From Amoebophrya sp. A120 (Eukaryota; Protista; Dinoflagellata): a stretch of DNA of 64,000 bases. Positions 1-12,400 of the stretch are shown here, one piece after another; position 1 is the stretch's first letter, and the number at the start of each line of letters is the position of its first letter. Under the pieces are notes generated by a model. The model searched no databases. It saw only the letters and a program-made list of their open reading frames with translations, and was not told the DNA's origin. Where the stretch lies: positions 2,189,065-2,253,064 of the forward strand of contig CAJINV010000003.1 in the NCBI GenBank assembly GCA_905178155.1, read 5' to 3'. The position numbers and the translations under genes are program-made.

Positions 1-801
1 TTGCCGTTGTAATTCAGGTTCTAGATCATGAGCAAAGGCCACTGCACACACACTAGCGCCCCGTGTCTGCGTTGTGCCGAAACGACGAGAAGATTTTCTC
101 ACTACAATCGCAACTAATCACATAGACATAAAAGCAATGTTACTTTCGTGGAACGGGTGCGCCTGTTGGGCCTCACTTTTACATAGCCGATCTGCAAAAT
201 CACATACGAACCGTGACTGCGTACCATATCGATTACATGTACAGCTTCACACCGCGGCGGTGCAGTGCCGGTGTAAGACGAAACACGTGTCAAAACCGAA
301 TTTCTTTTTTCCTGCACAGAACGGAAAACACGCAAGCGAAGCACCTGGACCAGACTTGCGCAAAACCGAATTTACATCGCGACCACCTGACTGCACATGT
401 ATTCACGTTTAGGACTCGAGAGGACATTGGTTTCTTCAGACCGATATCGGTGAGATCGGTCGCGACGTACCGGCAATTGACATCTCATCTGCTTGAACAC
501 CAAAGCCACGACGCGCACCCGTGCACTAGCGGGCTCCTTCGAAGAAGCACAAAAGATTGTATTCTCGGCTATGGCGCGTCCACAGGAGAGTATCATCTAC
601 ATGAGCCTCGCGAACTATGGAGAATCATCCACTTGTTCCAGCGAGTCCACACTTTGCTTTACGCAGGATAGCAGAGGAGTCATCGTGTGTGCTCAGCGTC
701 ACAATCTTGACGACTCTCGACATATCAAGCTTGCAAGTGGCAAAATCTTATTCCCATTCTCAATTGGAAACTGTCGATACGATGATGCCGAAGTGGTCGA
801 A

Positions 802-1615
802 TTAGGCCTTGTAGAAGGACTTGACCTTGTTGTACAGGGCCTGTTTTGTGAATTTTGATGACGTACTTTTTCGATTTGGTGAGCAGGAGCAAGAACGGCA
901 AGACAAATCAGCACGACGTAAGTATACGTATAGCTTATGTCCATTTCGCGACAACGTCGCTCTCGCAGACTCACACCCGAAATCCATGCAAACGCATATT
1001 ATCATGAAGGCAAAGTAGAAGGCGCTAAGTACCTTTCCCTGGGCGGTCTTGCCACCGACCGGGCAGAATCCCTTGATGCCCAAAGCCTTGCGGGCCTTGG
1101 AGGTGGCGACGCCCCAGGCCGCGATCTTCTTGTAACCCTTCCTCTTCTTGGCGGCGGCGGAGGCCTTCGCGGAGACGACTTTTCCGGACTTGTTCTTCTT
1201 CAAGTCGCTCTTCTTGAGACCACCGGAAGTCTTGACCTTGGTTCCCTTGAACACGGAGGACTTGGCGCGCTTGCCCTTCGCGATGGTGGACTTCTTCATG
1301 GCCATCTTCTTCATGCCCATCTGTTTTAATTTTTTGCCTCATTTTATGGTTTGCTTCTGTGCCAAATTCCATTTGACTGTCCAGATGAGGAATCATCGCT
1401 TTCCTTCCAACAAACATTGTCATTCGCTTTTCTCCCAACAAACATTATCGCTTTCGCTTTTTATGCCCCACAGCAACACGAGAAAATGCACTACATACTA
1501 GCATTTGAAAAAAGTATGGAAACGTTATTTTCTGTACCTTCATTGACATCTTCATGGACATCATTTTCATCTTCATGGCCATTTTCATGGACATCATCTT
1601 CATCATCTTCGCCAT
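802..1615 (-). CDS. DVNP: Dinoflagellate/viral nucleoprotein (DVNP), 3 exons: 1615-1538, 1320-1033, 840-802 (134 aa)
   Basis: Core IAKGKRAKSSVFKGTKVKTSGGLKKSDLKKNKSGKVVS...ARKALGIKGFCPVGGKT..GKALYNKVK is the DVNP signature. Two phase-0 GT..AG introns (1537-1321, 1032-841) join a Met/Lys-rich first exon (MAKMMKMMSMKMAMK...). Confidence 0.92.
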
Positions 1616-2553
1616 TTTGGACGGAGTTTTTTTGTGTTCAGAAAACACAGATGCTGCTCGACGAATTTCCTACGGTTTTTTAAATTGGGAAAGGAATTAC
1701 AAACGCCAAACGCTAAATCGCAAACATTGAATCGGACCTCCACCGATGTCTTGGCAGCACAAAAACAACTTACTCAATGCTGTAAACGGAAACTAACCAA
1801 GCCTCGAAACAACGGTGTGCAGCGAAAAGTCGTGTGTTCAATCTTAATGCACGTTCTTCGTATTTCCACTTTATTGCACACTTCAACAACTCCAACGCGT
1901 GACGAAGGGGACTTCTGTTTATCAGTATGATCGTCACCCAAGCACAAATCAAAGCAAAGAACGTAAAATACCAAAACCGGTGGAAGACGATGAGAACACA
2001 GAGGCTCTGCGAAATCAAATATCCTTTTCGGATTAGCAAACCTGCTCGTCTTGTAGTTTGGTTTTCGATGGATTTTCAAAGCGGTTACTGACGTTTCTAT
2101 GAGCTCATCATGTAGGTACAAAGTCGCTCAGCACAGTCTGTGTAGTGGCTCGCATATTTCTAAATGTGGAATACATATCCCGCTATGAGCGTTTGCGCCT
2201 CCTGATCGTATGTGTGTCAACAATGAAGGTGAAGATACAAACCAGTCCTGCTGTTCACAAAGCAAAACCATAATGAGATATTCGCTCGTTGTTACTAAAA
2301 CTCTCAATCAAACTACTGTCCTATGATTTTGAACGTGTGCTGCTTCAATGGCAAATGTATATGCATATGGGTGCTTAATTTGTTGACCGCCATGACTGGC
2401 CAAAAATACACGATGAAGTGTTACTAATTAAACTGGAAGAACCAGCTGTGCCAAGGTTGTATCATCTTAATTTTTATTCCAAAATTTACGTTTGCTCTCT
2501 ACGCAGAAGCGAGATAAATCTTCGAAGCGATACGAGACTGCACAATCGCTTGC

Positions 2554-5500
2554 TCATCGCCAGATCGGACGGACACTGGGCACGGACCGGTTCCTGTTCC
2601 TCGCGGTCGTGTTCGGTGTAGAAGGACCCGATGACGGCGGAGTTGGACCGGAGAGACGCCTACCGCGGCGCGGCTGAGGTGTTCGACTCGGCGTCGATAG
2701 AGCAGGTGTAGATCGTCCGCTACCCAACGGCGATGGTGTAAATGGCATCTGCCCACCAGGAGGTGGTGTCACCAACCCGCCTCTCTGCATCCTACCAGGA
2801 GGTGGCGTCAGCAACCCGCCACCTCTCTGCAGCTGCACCACATCACTCGCGAAGGAACTGTCTGGCAAGCCCGATACGTCGGACGGATGGACAATTGAGA
2901 TCGGCGAGACCACCTGCGAACCAAAGTAATAATCTGGGTGGAACGCCATTGGCACGGCGGCGTCGGGGTATCGAGGAGAGTCGGAAAGTTCAGGTTGAGG
3001 TTCTGGAATATCGATACTGAGCTGCGGAGAGCGGAATAGCACTTCGTCTTGCTCTTCCAACCATGCGGCACGAGTGGCGTTCTGGTCAACATCTTCTGCC
3101 TCTTCCTCGCTCAGCTCCGCCTCATTCTCTGATCGCACCCCGTCCATGGCACGGAGCAATGCTTCACAGCGCAGCATCAGTGACGACACAGTTGACGGCC
3201 CTGACTCAAGCGAGTCGTCGGATGACAACATTGCTTCCTGATACATGCGCTCGATCGATTCCACCAACTCGTCCGCCTCGTAATGAGCCTCTTCCAACCA
3301 CCCGTCGTCGCCGTACCGCCCAACAAAATCATCGTCCAGAGCAGGGAATTCCCCCCAAAATTGCGGGGATTGCGGCAAGGATCTTTGCGTTTGCGCCTGA
3401 TCCATCTCCGCAGCGGAGCGGAGCGTGGCTTCGTGCGGTCGTGGGGATGTCAGATCAGAGCGTTCCTGTGTTGCAGAAGATCCATCAAGCTCTACGACGC
3501 CGCTCAGTTCGCTGATCCAGGACGGGTCAGCGTTTCCGACATTGTCCCTGCGTACCGTTGTTGCGAAGCTCGTCTCCCCTTGCGATTCGGACGGGGGAAC
3601 CATGGTCATTTCCAACTGCTGCTGAGGTTCGGTGCATGAATCGGCCGAGTACACCAAAGAACTGGTCCTTTCGCTAGTACCTTCGCTACTGCTGCTCAGG
3701 TCGGTGAGTCCAGCGGGGTGCTGGGGTGGGCGGTAGTGTCGGCGAGGAGCCAGAGACCCGTCTGCGCGCCCCAGTCCTCTTGCACGAGGCGCCTCGAGCG
3801 TTCTTTCCGCGAGTGGAGGTGCGTCAGTATCCTCTGCGACCTGAACAACGTCTGCAGCGGCTGCCATCGTCAGCTCTGCCCGCATAGTTTGTTCCTCCCG
3901 TTGTAATGATGTTCCTTCACGTGGACGCAGTAGTGTTTCGTCACGCGGCAGTTGTGTGCCCTCCGATCCAGCATCGCTAGTACCTCCTGCACCCACCTGC
4001 ATCCATGGCGCCGCCCTCGGTGGTGGCTGCTGCCCAAAGAGAGCTGCTAAGTCCCTGTTAGTTTGGTTCAGCAGTCGCGGGTCATTCTCTTGATTTTCGT
4101 TGGCGAAACGCCTCCGGCATCGTCCCTGGTGAGGACTCTTGTGCCTCTTGCTCAAGACACCGCCCCCGTTATCCGACTTGCTGCGCTGTACGCTGGGCTG
4201 AATTTCAACATTAACCAGATTCCGCGAAATCGGCGCGATCTTACTATTCCGCTCCGCCGAAGGTCCCCGACGACCCGCCCGCTCTGGTCCCCCGGCCTGC
4301 CTCGGCAGTGGTCCTCGACGCCCACCGTGGTTATGGGCGATGGTGTTCAAAGATTTCACATACCGCTTCAGCACCAGGTTGATCTTCTTCGCCAAATTCC
4401 CCGGTTGTTTGGCCGCTAACTGCGCCAGAGGTCCGAGAAAGAGCCAGGTGCTGGGTATTCTACTTTCATCGGGAGAACCCCACGACAGCAGTTCGGGGTG
4501 TTCGTTTAGAACGTCCAAAACCGCGTTCACCACGGCCATGCGCTCTGGCACCTCTTCAAGTCGGTTTGCCAGCCCGCGGTTGTGCACCTGGTGCAGCTGG
4601 CGGACGCTGCCGGCGGAATAGAGCTCGGCCTCCCGGTTTTTCACGCTGCGCAGCTGTTGCAGGTGCTGCTTGTGCCGATTGAACGGAGTCGGCGTTTTAC
4701 CATCCGCGCACGGGACATCGTACTCTACCCGTTCAACCGACTTCGGTCTCGATCGGCCGGACGGCGATCGTGATCGGCTCGGAGCCCCAAGTGCTTTGGC
4801 TCGCGCAAAGCATCCGGTGAGGGAATTGCGAAACAGTTGAAAAATGCCGATCAAGATTTTGTCATAGTTGTCCGGCTGCGAGAGTCTTTCTACCTTTGAG
4901 GCAATTTTCGGACCGCCTAGATAGATGGGCAACCATTCGGTCCGCAAGCGGTCAGCGTACATGTGGTCGTTCAAGGCCGGTTTCAGTGCGTACTTGTAGA
5001 GCGGCTTCAGAAGCCGCTGGACATGCCATGTGGTCAATGGACGTTCGGCGCGCGACCTCCGTTCCTCCAAGCGTTTGAGTAAAGATTCCATTACCAGCAT
5101 GGGTTGCGGTTCCCGACCCCCTTGATCCCGGTTCGATCGCGGCGGCGTGGCGGAGCGTCGCATCAGCGCGGCCCAGAAATCCTCCTTCGGCCTCGAGTGG
5201 CGGTCGCCCGCGAAGTTCAGGAGAAAATTGTCCAACACGAAAAAAACCTCGATATCCGCGTGGATGGCGCGTGCCAAAGCGGAAATCGCGTCGTTATCGA
5301 CGTACCCGCGCTTTGTCAGTCCGGTCTTCACAACGTCCACGCAGCTGTGCACATCGGTTGCCAGTGCTTCCCCTGACATCGCGCCGAGCATGCGCTCCCG
5401 CTCTGCCGCGTTCTTGCAGTGCTCATAGCGGGCGGACCACGGCTGCTGCAGGCGCGCCGGAACCTTAGGACTGAAAAGTGCCGCGGGTCGGGAGGGTCGT

Positions 5501-5562
5501 GCGCCATCCAGCAGCGGAAGCCCCGCCACGATAAGCAGAAAAGTTGGAAAAAGCATTTTCAT
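2554..5562 (-). CDS. Large single-exon hypothetical protein, probable signal peptide, disordered acidic/Pro-Ser-rich C-terminus
   Basis: 1028-codon ORF; likely ATG at 5562 gives MKMLFPTFLLIVAGLPLLDGA, which is signal-peptide-like. Confidence 0.65.
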   Translation of the reverse strand: MKMLFPTFLLIVAGLPLLDGARPSRPAALFSPKVPARLQQPWSARYEHCKNAAERERMLGAMSGEALATDVHSCVDVVKTGLTKRGYVDNDAISALARAIHADIEVFFVLDNFLLNFAGDRHSRPKEDFWAALMRRSATPPRSNRDQGGREPQPMLVMESLLKRLEERRSRAERPLTTWHVQRLLKPLYKYALKPALNDHMYADRLRTEWLPIYLGGPKIASKVERLSQPDNYDKILIGIFQLFRNSLTGCFARAKALGAPSRSRSPSGRSRPKSVERVEYDVPCADGKTPTPFNRHKQHLQQLRSVKNREAELYSAGSVRQLHQVHNRGLANRLEEVPERMAVVNAVLDVLNEHPELLSWGSPDESRIPSTWLFLGPLAQLAAKQPGNLAKKINLVLKRYVKSLNTIAHNHGGRRGPLPRQAGGPERAGRRGPSAERNSKIAPISRNLVNVEIQPSVQRSKSDNGGGVLSKRHKSPHQGRCRRRFANENQENDPRLLNQTNRDLAALFGQQPPPRAAPWMQVGAGGTSDAGSEGTQLPRDETLLRPREGTSLQREEQTMRAELTMAAAADVVQVAEDTDAPPLAERTLEAPRARGLGRADGSLAPRRHYRPPQHPAGLTDLSSSSEGTSERTSSLVYSADSCTEPQQQLEMTMVPPSESQGETSFATTVRRDNVGNADPSWISELSGVVELDGSSATQERSDLTSPRPHEATLRSAAEMDQAQTQRSLPQSPQFWGEFPALDDDFVGRYGDDGWLEEAHYEADELVESIERMYQEAMLSSDDSLESGPSTVSSLMLRCEALLRAMDGVRSENEAELSEEEAEDVDQNATRAAWLEEQDEVLFRSPQLSIDIPEPQPELSDSPRYPDAAVPMAFHPDYYFGSQVVSPISIVHPSDVSGLPDSSFASDVVQLQRGGGLLTPPPGRMQRGGLVTPPPGGQMPFTPSPLGSGRSTPALSTPSRTPQPRRGRRLSGPTPPSSGPSTPNTTARNRNRSVPSVRPIWR

Positions 5563-7265
5563 CGATTGGTAGGCAAAGAGATGAGTTTGACAATGTTCTA
5601 GTACCTTCCTCGAGGGACCGCGGTTTCGATGGCGTGACAACGCGAATCAAGACCAGAGAGATAGCTTACGAGGACAGCAATCAAAGTTTATACTTCAGTA
5701 CCTTCAGTTGATCTTGGAGTCTTCAAGTGGTGAGCTTATTGTTAGCTTAATTTCGTGTCTTTTACACCTGTAAAACACAAATCAAAAACTTCTGATGCAG
5801 GGAAAAAATGGCTAATTAGTGTGTCAAAGGTAAAAATGTTTAATTGTAAACTACGCCGAAAGCGTGAAGTAAGATTGTTAAGATGCAGATCTATGCAGGT
5901 ACTTCGTACGGAAAAATGCAGGCGGCTAACTGAGTAAAATCCGTAAACGGTGTGTGGTCTATTTCTACGTGTGTCTACAGATCGCTTCGAGTCGAGGGCC
6001 CTGGAATCATCATCATCATCATCTTGCTAGCATAGGGGAGGGCTGCTAGAGGTTATTGGGACGTGTCCTCGTTATCGTTTAAGCGCAGCTTCTGTCTTCG
6101 ACACCGAGAGCCGCTGCCTTGCAGCTATGGATCGATTCATCTTTTTTTTAATTTGAACTTTGCAAGATATATAGATGTCAATCTGCTTAATGATTTCGAC
6201 CGAAACTTTTCCACTCCGTAGTTCCAACAAAAACCGATCTGCAATTTCTCCGTTATTTTTGGATCACCATTTTCCCTTATGCTTCACAAAGATCCACTTC
6301 TTCACAATACAATTTACAGGGACGCTCTGCCCTTAGTCTCCTCACACGACACGGAATATCCCATAGCTGCAGAGGCACTAATCAATGAGTTACACAAGCA
6401 CGGATCGATCTGCTTCTGATTTATTAAGGCATTTCCCCGTTCGAGCTGACGGTGGCCGCGCAACAGGACTTGACTACATACCGAGCTTCATCTATGTATC
6501 GAATACGCAATGGAAGAGGCTGTGTCGCAGCATAAAGCATCAAACACTAAAGGGCACAAGTTCCGCTTGTTGCTATTCTGGGAATTACTTATTTGTACTT
6601 CTGTGTCGAGATGAAGTGTTTCTGTTTAGTAGCAAGTATTCAGATTCGATTCACCCAACCCTGTAGCAGCTTCTTTTGCAATTCCAAAGATTTAGCTTCG
6701 CTGGAGAGCCTTCCGTTTATTTACACCGATATTGCACAGTCGGACTACTACAACTTTTCGAATCTATTTGATAGTTTTTCTCTTGCTCAGGTCGGTATGT
6801 GGTACTTCGCTTCCCGACTTTCACATATACAAATACAGAGGTCGACTTCCTTCAAATCTTCCATAAACGAGTGAGGAAACAATGAGCACCACGCATGACA
6901 GGGCGACGAGACGACGCGAAACAATAACAATATATTTATATGTCAGCAACAAAGACCAATATACATGATTACGAAATTGACCTACGACGAAGTGAGGTGG
7001 TGTGCCGACGCTGGCGCAACGCAGCAACTAAAATTTTCGTCTATAGTAGATAGAACACGTACAGCCCTTTTTCAAGTGATTAATATGACAGGCGTGAAGA
7101 TATTGCTCTCTGTAAATTCTGATTACCATAATTTGTATTCGTACTTTCTTTTTTCTTTTCAATCGTTTTCGAAAAAAACCTGCTATTGAGTAGATATCTT
7201 TCACTCTTGGTTATTTTTGAGAGATCCTAGTATTTTCATATCCTTCCCTATCGATCCTCGAGGAG

Positions 7266-7304
7266 GCAATGCGATCCCGATAGGTGGAACAGGATAAGAC
7301 GAAA
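7266..7304. repeat. 39-bp direct repeat, left copy
   Basis: gcaatgcgatcccgataggtggaacaggataagacgaaa is identical at 8973-9011. Confidence 0.95.
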
Positions 7305-7337
7305 GTGTTCCACCTATGTACAGGATAAGACGAAGCT

Positions 7338-7554
7338 GTTTGTCATGCTTGTCTGCCATGACTTTTAAATCTGTCCTGCACGTTACCCAACAGCTCCACT
7401 TTTCTGTGATGCAGAAACGCAGTTTGATGTCATGCAGAATAGGCAACAGTTAGAAGCTCAGAAACTTGTCATGCTGAGCCAGCATTTGTGGCCTCATCAT
7501 GAGACGCCACCCAGCATCACAAGTTTCCAGACCCAGACATTTTTGCAGTTGATA
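7338..7554. mobile_element. Truncated TIR element, family A (left TIR missing)
   Basis: Ends ttccagacccagacatttttgcagttgata; interior is the reverse complement of a 57596-57847-like interior. Confidence 0.85.
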
Positions 7555-7711
7555 CAACAGTAAAGGAAACCAAGCGAGGACGAGAGAAGCGGCGTCGCAT
7601 TTCCAGGGCTGGGGCTCGAAAAATAATGATACAACAACCACGCGGACAAAGGTCGGGGCCAGCAGTGCCTCCAAAGGTGGAGCTGCAGGATGCGATGGAG
7701 TTGCCGGCCAC

Positions 7712-7927
7712 TATGAAAGTGCACAACTCCCCCTCCCCCTCATTTGCGATGCAAAATCCCAAATCCAGCTGCTGCCTTGTAGCACTGTTTGCATGACAAA
7801 TCCTGGAAGCCCAAACAGCACTACACTCCAGTGCAAATTTGTCATGCAGAACCGGCATTCTTGCTGGTGCTTGTATTGTCGTTCATGCCATACAAATGAG
7901 GGGGAGGGGGAGTTGTGCACTGTCATA
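7712..7927. mobile_element. TIR introner, family E
   Basis: TIR tatgaaagtgcacaactccccctccccctcatttg / caaatgagggggagggggagttgtgcactgtcata; TSD gccac. Confidence 0.9.
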
Positions 7928-8519
7928 GCCACGTGGTAAGCTGCCAAAGTAGCGACAGTCAGGGCGAAGGAAGTGGTCATCATGGTAGACGACACGACAG
8001 AAGGAGAGCAAGTACTTTTAAAGGCGGCCGAGGTGTTGTTGCTGGACTAGCATCTTCGAATTATTACATCAACTCGACCGCATACGTCGGAGGCGGCCTC
8101 CAGCACAGCCGCTACCAAAAGATGAACGAGGGGATTATGATGAACTACTGGGGTCAAAATCTTTTTCAGCCGGCACAGTCGTGCAACGCTGGTGGTCCAG
8201 CATCAGGAGTTCTTGGAGCGTACGATGTCTCTACTTGTTCAAACCATCACTATTCAACTACAACATCTGTCAACAGCTACAACAGCAGCGACACCGTAGT
8301 TGTACAAAAGCAAAACGACTACAACAAGCAGGAGTGGTGCCAGCGCCAGCAGCTTTCATCAGAAATACAAGGACTCGGCTCAGCGACTACGGTCGAGGAA
8401 CTTCTAGGCTTGGTCACGAAAGAATCGACGAGGGCCACAGCAGACGAGCGACCGAATTTAACTTCTAACGCTCTTCTTTCAACATCGTCCTCATCGAACT
8501 ACACCCCGCAGGAGTGGGA

Positions 8520-8754
8520 TATGGCGTTCTCAACTGTTACACTCTCAGCTGTTGCATGATTTGTCATGCAAATTCACAATCAGAATCGATGCGATCAAGC
8601 TGCTTAGCATGACAAATTCTCCAAGGCCTAAGCAGGCTGATACTCTGCGCCAAATCTGTCATGCAAGACGCGCAAGGTCCCTCGTTTCACTTTTGCCATT
8701 CTTGCATTACAGATTCATGTAACAGTTGAGAATGTAACGATTGAGAACCCCATA
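8520..8754. mobile_element. TIR introner, family F
   Basis: TIR tatggcgttctcaactgttacactctcagctgttgcatga / tcatgtaacagttgagaatgtaacgattgagaaccccata; TSD tggga. Confidence 0.88.
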
Positions 8755-8810
8755 TGGGAAGCTTGGCTGCAAAGCCACGCGGCCTTCGCGGATTGCAATG
8801 CGATCCTGGG

Positions 8811-8967
8811 TATCCTGTGCAAAAGTATCGTACTCGTAGTAATTGCAGTCATGCATTACAAATCGCCTTCCTACGCTAAAACAGCATGACAAATTCAATT
8901 TGTCAAGCTAAGGACAATTTGTCATGCTAAGGAAATTTGTAATGCAATTTATACTAGTACGATCCTT
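8811..8967. mobile_element. Truncated TIR element, family D (outer right TIR lost)
   Basis: Starts tatcctgtgcaaaagtatcgtactcgta, as at 19524; right TIR stops at tactagtacgatcctt just before the 39-bp repeat. Confidence 0.85.
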
Positions 8968-8972
8968 ATTTT

Positions 8973-9011
8973 GCAATGCGATCCCGATAGGTGGAACAGG
9001 ATAAGACGAAA
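8973..9011. repeat. 39-bp direct repeat, right copy
   Basis: Identical to 7266-7304. Confidence 0.95.
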
Positions 9012-9432
9012 ATTATTCGACAACACTTTCATAAAAAAGCTAAATACATTCCTTACGGTGTCATAGACAATGTGATTAATGTTGGTATTGTATTCAAGAC
9101 AAATGGCGAGATGTGCCACCCTGTTCGGATCCTTTGATAATATTCTATTTGAGTATAGTATTGAGTGAAGGAGGCGTTTCCGTCTTCCGTTTTTATTGCT
9201 CTCATTCAAGGTGGAAGAAAAGTTGAAACGTCCACCTGCAGCTCGCCCTCACAAACCGGATTTTCAAGAGGAGCAGAGAGAGAGATTGCACAGGAGTACT
9301 GCGGGTTGTACTACATGTCTTCATGCGCAAACGGGAACGTCGGCCGCGAGTCGTCGCTCTACGATGCTGTTTTGTGATGTTTCTGCCACCCTATGGCATG
9401 GAAAGAATTATCAGTATCGCTACGACGCATGA

Positions 9433-12400
9433 TTAGCCCGTCGGAAACGGCAGGTTTGGCAATGGCGGTGGCGAGCTCGGTACTGGCGGAGCACCTCCCA
9501 CTCCGTTGGATTGATACACCAGTTCGGGCGAATGGTACGCCGTGGGATGATCGGGGAGTTGTCCCTCGTTTCGTAGCGAAGCCAGCTGCTCTCCGGCCTG
9601 GTGTTGGCCCAAGGAGCTCCGCCGCGAATGCGACACGTAATGCTCCTCCGCGCCGTCATTGTACAGACCCTCCTTTTCGCCCTCCGGGGCGTTATCCAAG
9701 GTAAATCCGGCATCCAGCTTATCCTGTGTAAAAACGTACCCACACCAGAGTCAGGATGGGGATTTTGCAGCACAAACCTAGGAGCTTTTGTGAGTCACGC
9801 ATGACAAGTTGCACTCTGCAGCGTAGTGCAGGTTAGCAAGTGCAGCCGCATCACAGATTCATCAGCTCATCCTGTTCACAGCATCACAAATTCCAAAACA
9901 CGACTGGAAATGGCTCTCATGGGGATGCGCATTACAAGTCTTCCTGTCTTTGCAAATCTGCATTACAACTCTGGTGTGGGTACGTTTTTACTCAGGATAC
10001 AGCTTCCCAACCTTCTTGTTTGGCGTTTTCTTCATCGGCCGGTCCTGGATCTGATACCGGGCCGGTTCAAACGCGAAGCCTTGTGCGGTCAGACGTGCGC
10101 GGACGTAGAGGAGGTCGCTGTAGCGGAAAAATTGAGGATTTTTCAAAAAGAAAATCATTTCAGGAAGGTGCGACAACTCTGCTTCTATATTCTCAAGGTG
10201 ACAGTGAGAAAGCACGGCCCGTGTCTACGAATATCACTTTAAGAAGTAAGTACCTTCGCATGTAAGTGGTTGCGTCGTCGGTGTCTTTTTTGTCCTGTGC
10301 CCAGCTTGGTTTCTGTGAAATCAAATCGTATATGCTTTGCTTGCTTGGGACGGTTTCGTCTTTGCTCTGGTCCTTGCTTCCAGTGCGCAAACTGCTGAAA
10401 CCTGTCGTAACAAGATGGCGACTTGGTGTGGCGAGGCTAAATTTTTATTTTGTGCAAAATCAGGAATCTTTCTTTTGCGCACGGTCGACGAATTTAAATT
10501 TTGTTGCACGGCCAGGTCAACAATTATTATCGTCATCACATGAGCATCGCAACCAAAAAGCAGTCTCTCAAGTACGATCATTCTCCGGCCCGGGCGGCCC
10601 TCCGACGGGGTAGGAGTCGACTCGACCGCTCAGCAACTCCGTGCCCGAACGCCGCCAGTCGTGCACGCTGGAGCGGCCCTTCGGAGCCGGCCCGGGCGCG
10701 GAGGCCCCCATCAGACCCGCTGCGCGAGAGTTACCACTTTCCATCGCGCCCATCCCCTCGCGCAGTCCGGCGGCGCGCGAATTGGTGGGAACCACGGGGC
10801 CGGACGCCCCCAACCCGGACGACAGGTCCTGCGAGCCCGTGCCGCCGCGCGACAACAGCCCGCTGCGCTCGCGAGGCAGATCCCCCGCCAGGTGCGCCTG
10901 GGCGGAGGGGTTGTATTTTGACTTCTGCCCACTGTCCTCGTCTTTGGCTTTGCGAATCAGGTTCTTAACCATGTCTTCCGCGCGACGAATCTGGACCCGG
11001 GTTCCCTTCATGATCACCGCGCGCGGAATGCCGGCCGGGACATCCTGGTCAATGTTGATGTTGCAGCCGGTGGCAGTTTTGATCTTTTTGATCGTGTCCC
11101 CGGCCTTGCCAATCACCAACCCAACGTACTTCGGCTCCACCATGAATATCTGCTGGTGCTCCGTGCCGTCGTCGCTCTCATCCGCGTCCTCCTCGGAAAA
11201 CGTGCGGTGCCCGCTGGCTGCGCGCCAGTTTTCCTGCTCGTCGACGGAGTCCCGGCGTGAGCTGTCGCGCCGTGGCGGGTACGTGGGCGCGGTGCTCACC
11301 TGCAGATTCACCTCCTGGGCGGTTCCGGGGCCCTGGTGACCCTGGTCCGCGTGTGCGGTATTGGTCGCAGTTGCGTGCAGTTGCTCCTGCGCAGTAGTCA
11401 TCTGCTCGCTGCCTGTTGGTATGTCATTTTTTCGACAATCTAAATCCCTTGCTCTCGTTGCAGGAGGCGGAAAACAATCATTCACGAAGTGGTCAACGAC
11501 TGTGCGAAGAGGTGGTAAACTAAGTAAACGGGAATCTGAATCACAACCATCTACGAGTTATTTTGCTTTTGAAGGAGGAAAAGTCATCTGATCTGATACT
11601 TTTTGAGCCTCCCGCCCCTGGCTGCTGGTACTGAGCGAGAATTGCTGCTGAGAACCTGTTTGCCTCTTCCGCGGAACTGTCTTCGGACTGCTCGTGCTGC
11701 TGGGAGGCCGGATTTGTGCCAGATCCATAGCTACCCGCACTGTACATGTTCTGATGTTGTCCGGATGTTGGGTTACCTGCAAAGCAGTTGAGGTCACAAT
11801 TTATTATCGGCCGCACAGAAAAAGTTAAGGTAACTGGCCCCGGTAGGTGGTCGTGATCTTGCGATTTTTTCCTGTGCTTGATGAACGTGAATCGTGAGAA
11901 AGAAAAACCTCGAACGCTGAAGGAAGAAAACGACAAATACCATTCGTCGCAGAAGGCGGAAAAAGCCGCGCCCGCTCCCGTGCGGGTATCACAGGCTCGC
12001 AATCAAATGCGTTCCCGCCTTCGTGTGCCCCGGTCGGGAACAAGTGCTGCAGTTCGTAGAAATCTTGAAACTGTTCACATCGGATGAGCAAGTCCGGTTT
12101 CAGATATCGACCCAAAAACCAATTCCGCATTCTCTGATGCGAGTACGGTCCCTGGCGACTCCCGTCGTTGCCGCAGTAGTACCAGGGTTGCGTCAACAGG
12201 TGCAGAGGTGGTTGCACATGCGGAGGCTGATGGTTCTCGTAGCCATGATACCCAGCACCCGGTGCTGGGTATTGCATGGGTCCTCGTGCCGGACTGTGAT
12301 AGGCGTGCTGCGGCACAGCTCCGTTGTACCCCTGTCCCTGGTAGTGCTGCTGCCCGGGGTGCGCGGGCTGGTGCCCCGGCGAGTATGGGTTTCTTGCCGG

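Larger units (their letters stand above)
7555..8810 (+). pseudogene. Captured plus-strand gene fragment (Ser/Gly/Asn/Gln-rich) interrupted by two complete TIR elements
   Basis: Removing 7712-7927 and 8520-8754 (each with one TSD) gives one open frame NSKGNQ...GVAGH|VVSCQ...NYTPQEWE|AWLQSHAAFADCNAILG. It has no start or stop, and truncated elements bound both ends. Confidence 0.6.

Noticed and set aside
1611-1620. gccattttgg matches part of the dinoflagellate spliced leader
   Set aside because: Only 10 nt, on the wrong strand, and simply the reverse complement of the DVNP start context CCAAAATGGC.
6006-6023. (ATC)6 microsatellite
   Set aside because: Ordinary short tandem repeat.
5900-7260. 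Possible multi-exon minus-strand gene hosting the 39-bp-repeat insert
   Set aside because: Some coding-looking stretches, but no consistent exon chain could be built by eye.
9601-10265. Short ORFs recurring at several loci (MQVSKCSRITDSS..., KGKIPPPHI..., CKNVWVWK...)
   Set aside because: They are translations of the non-coding TIR elements, not a protein family.
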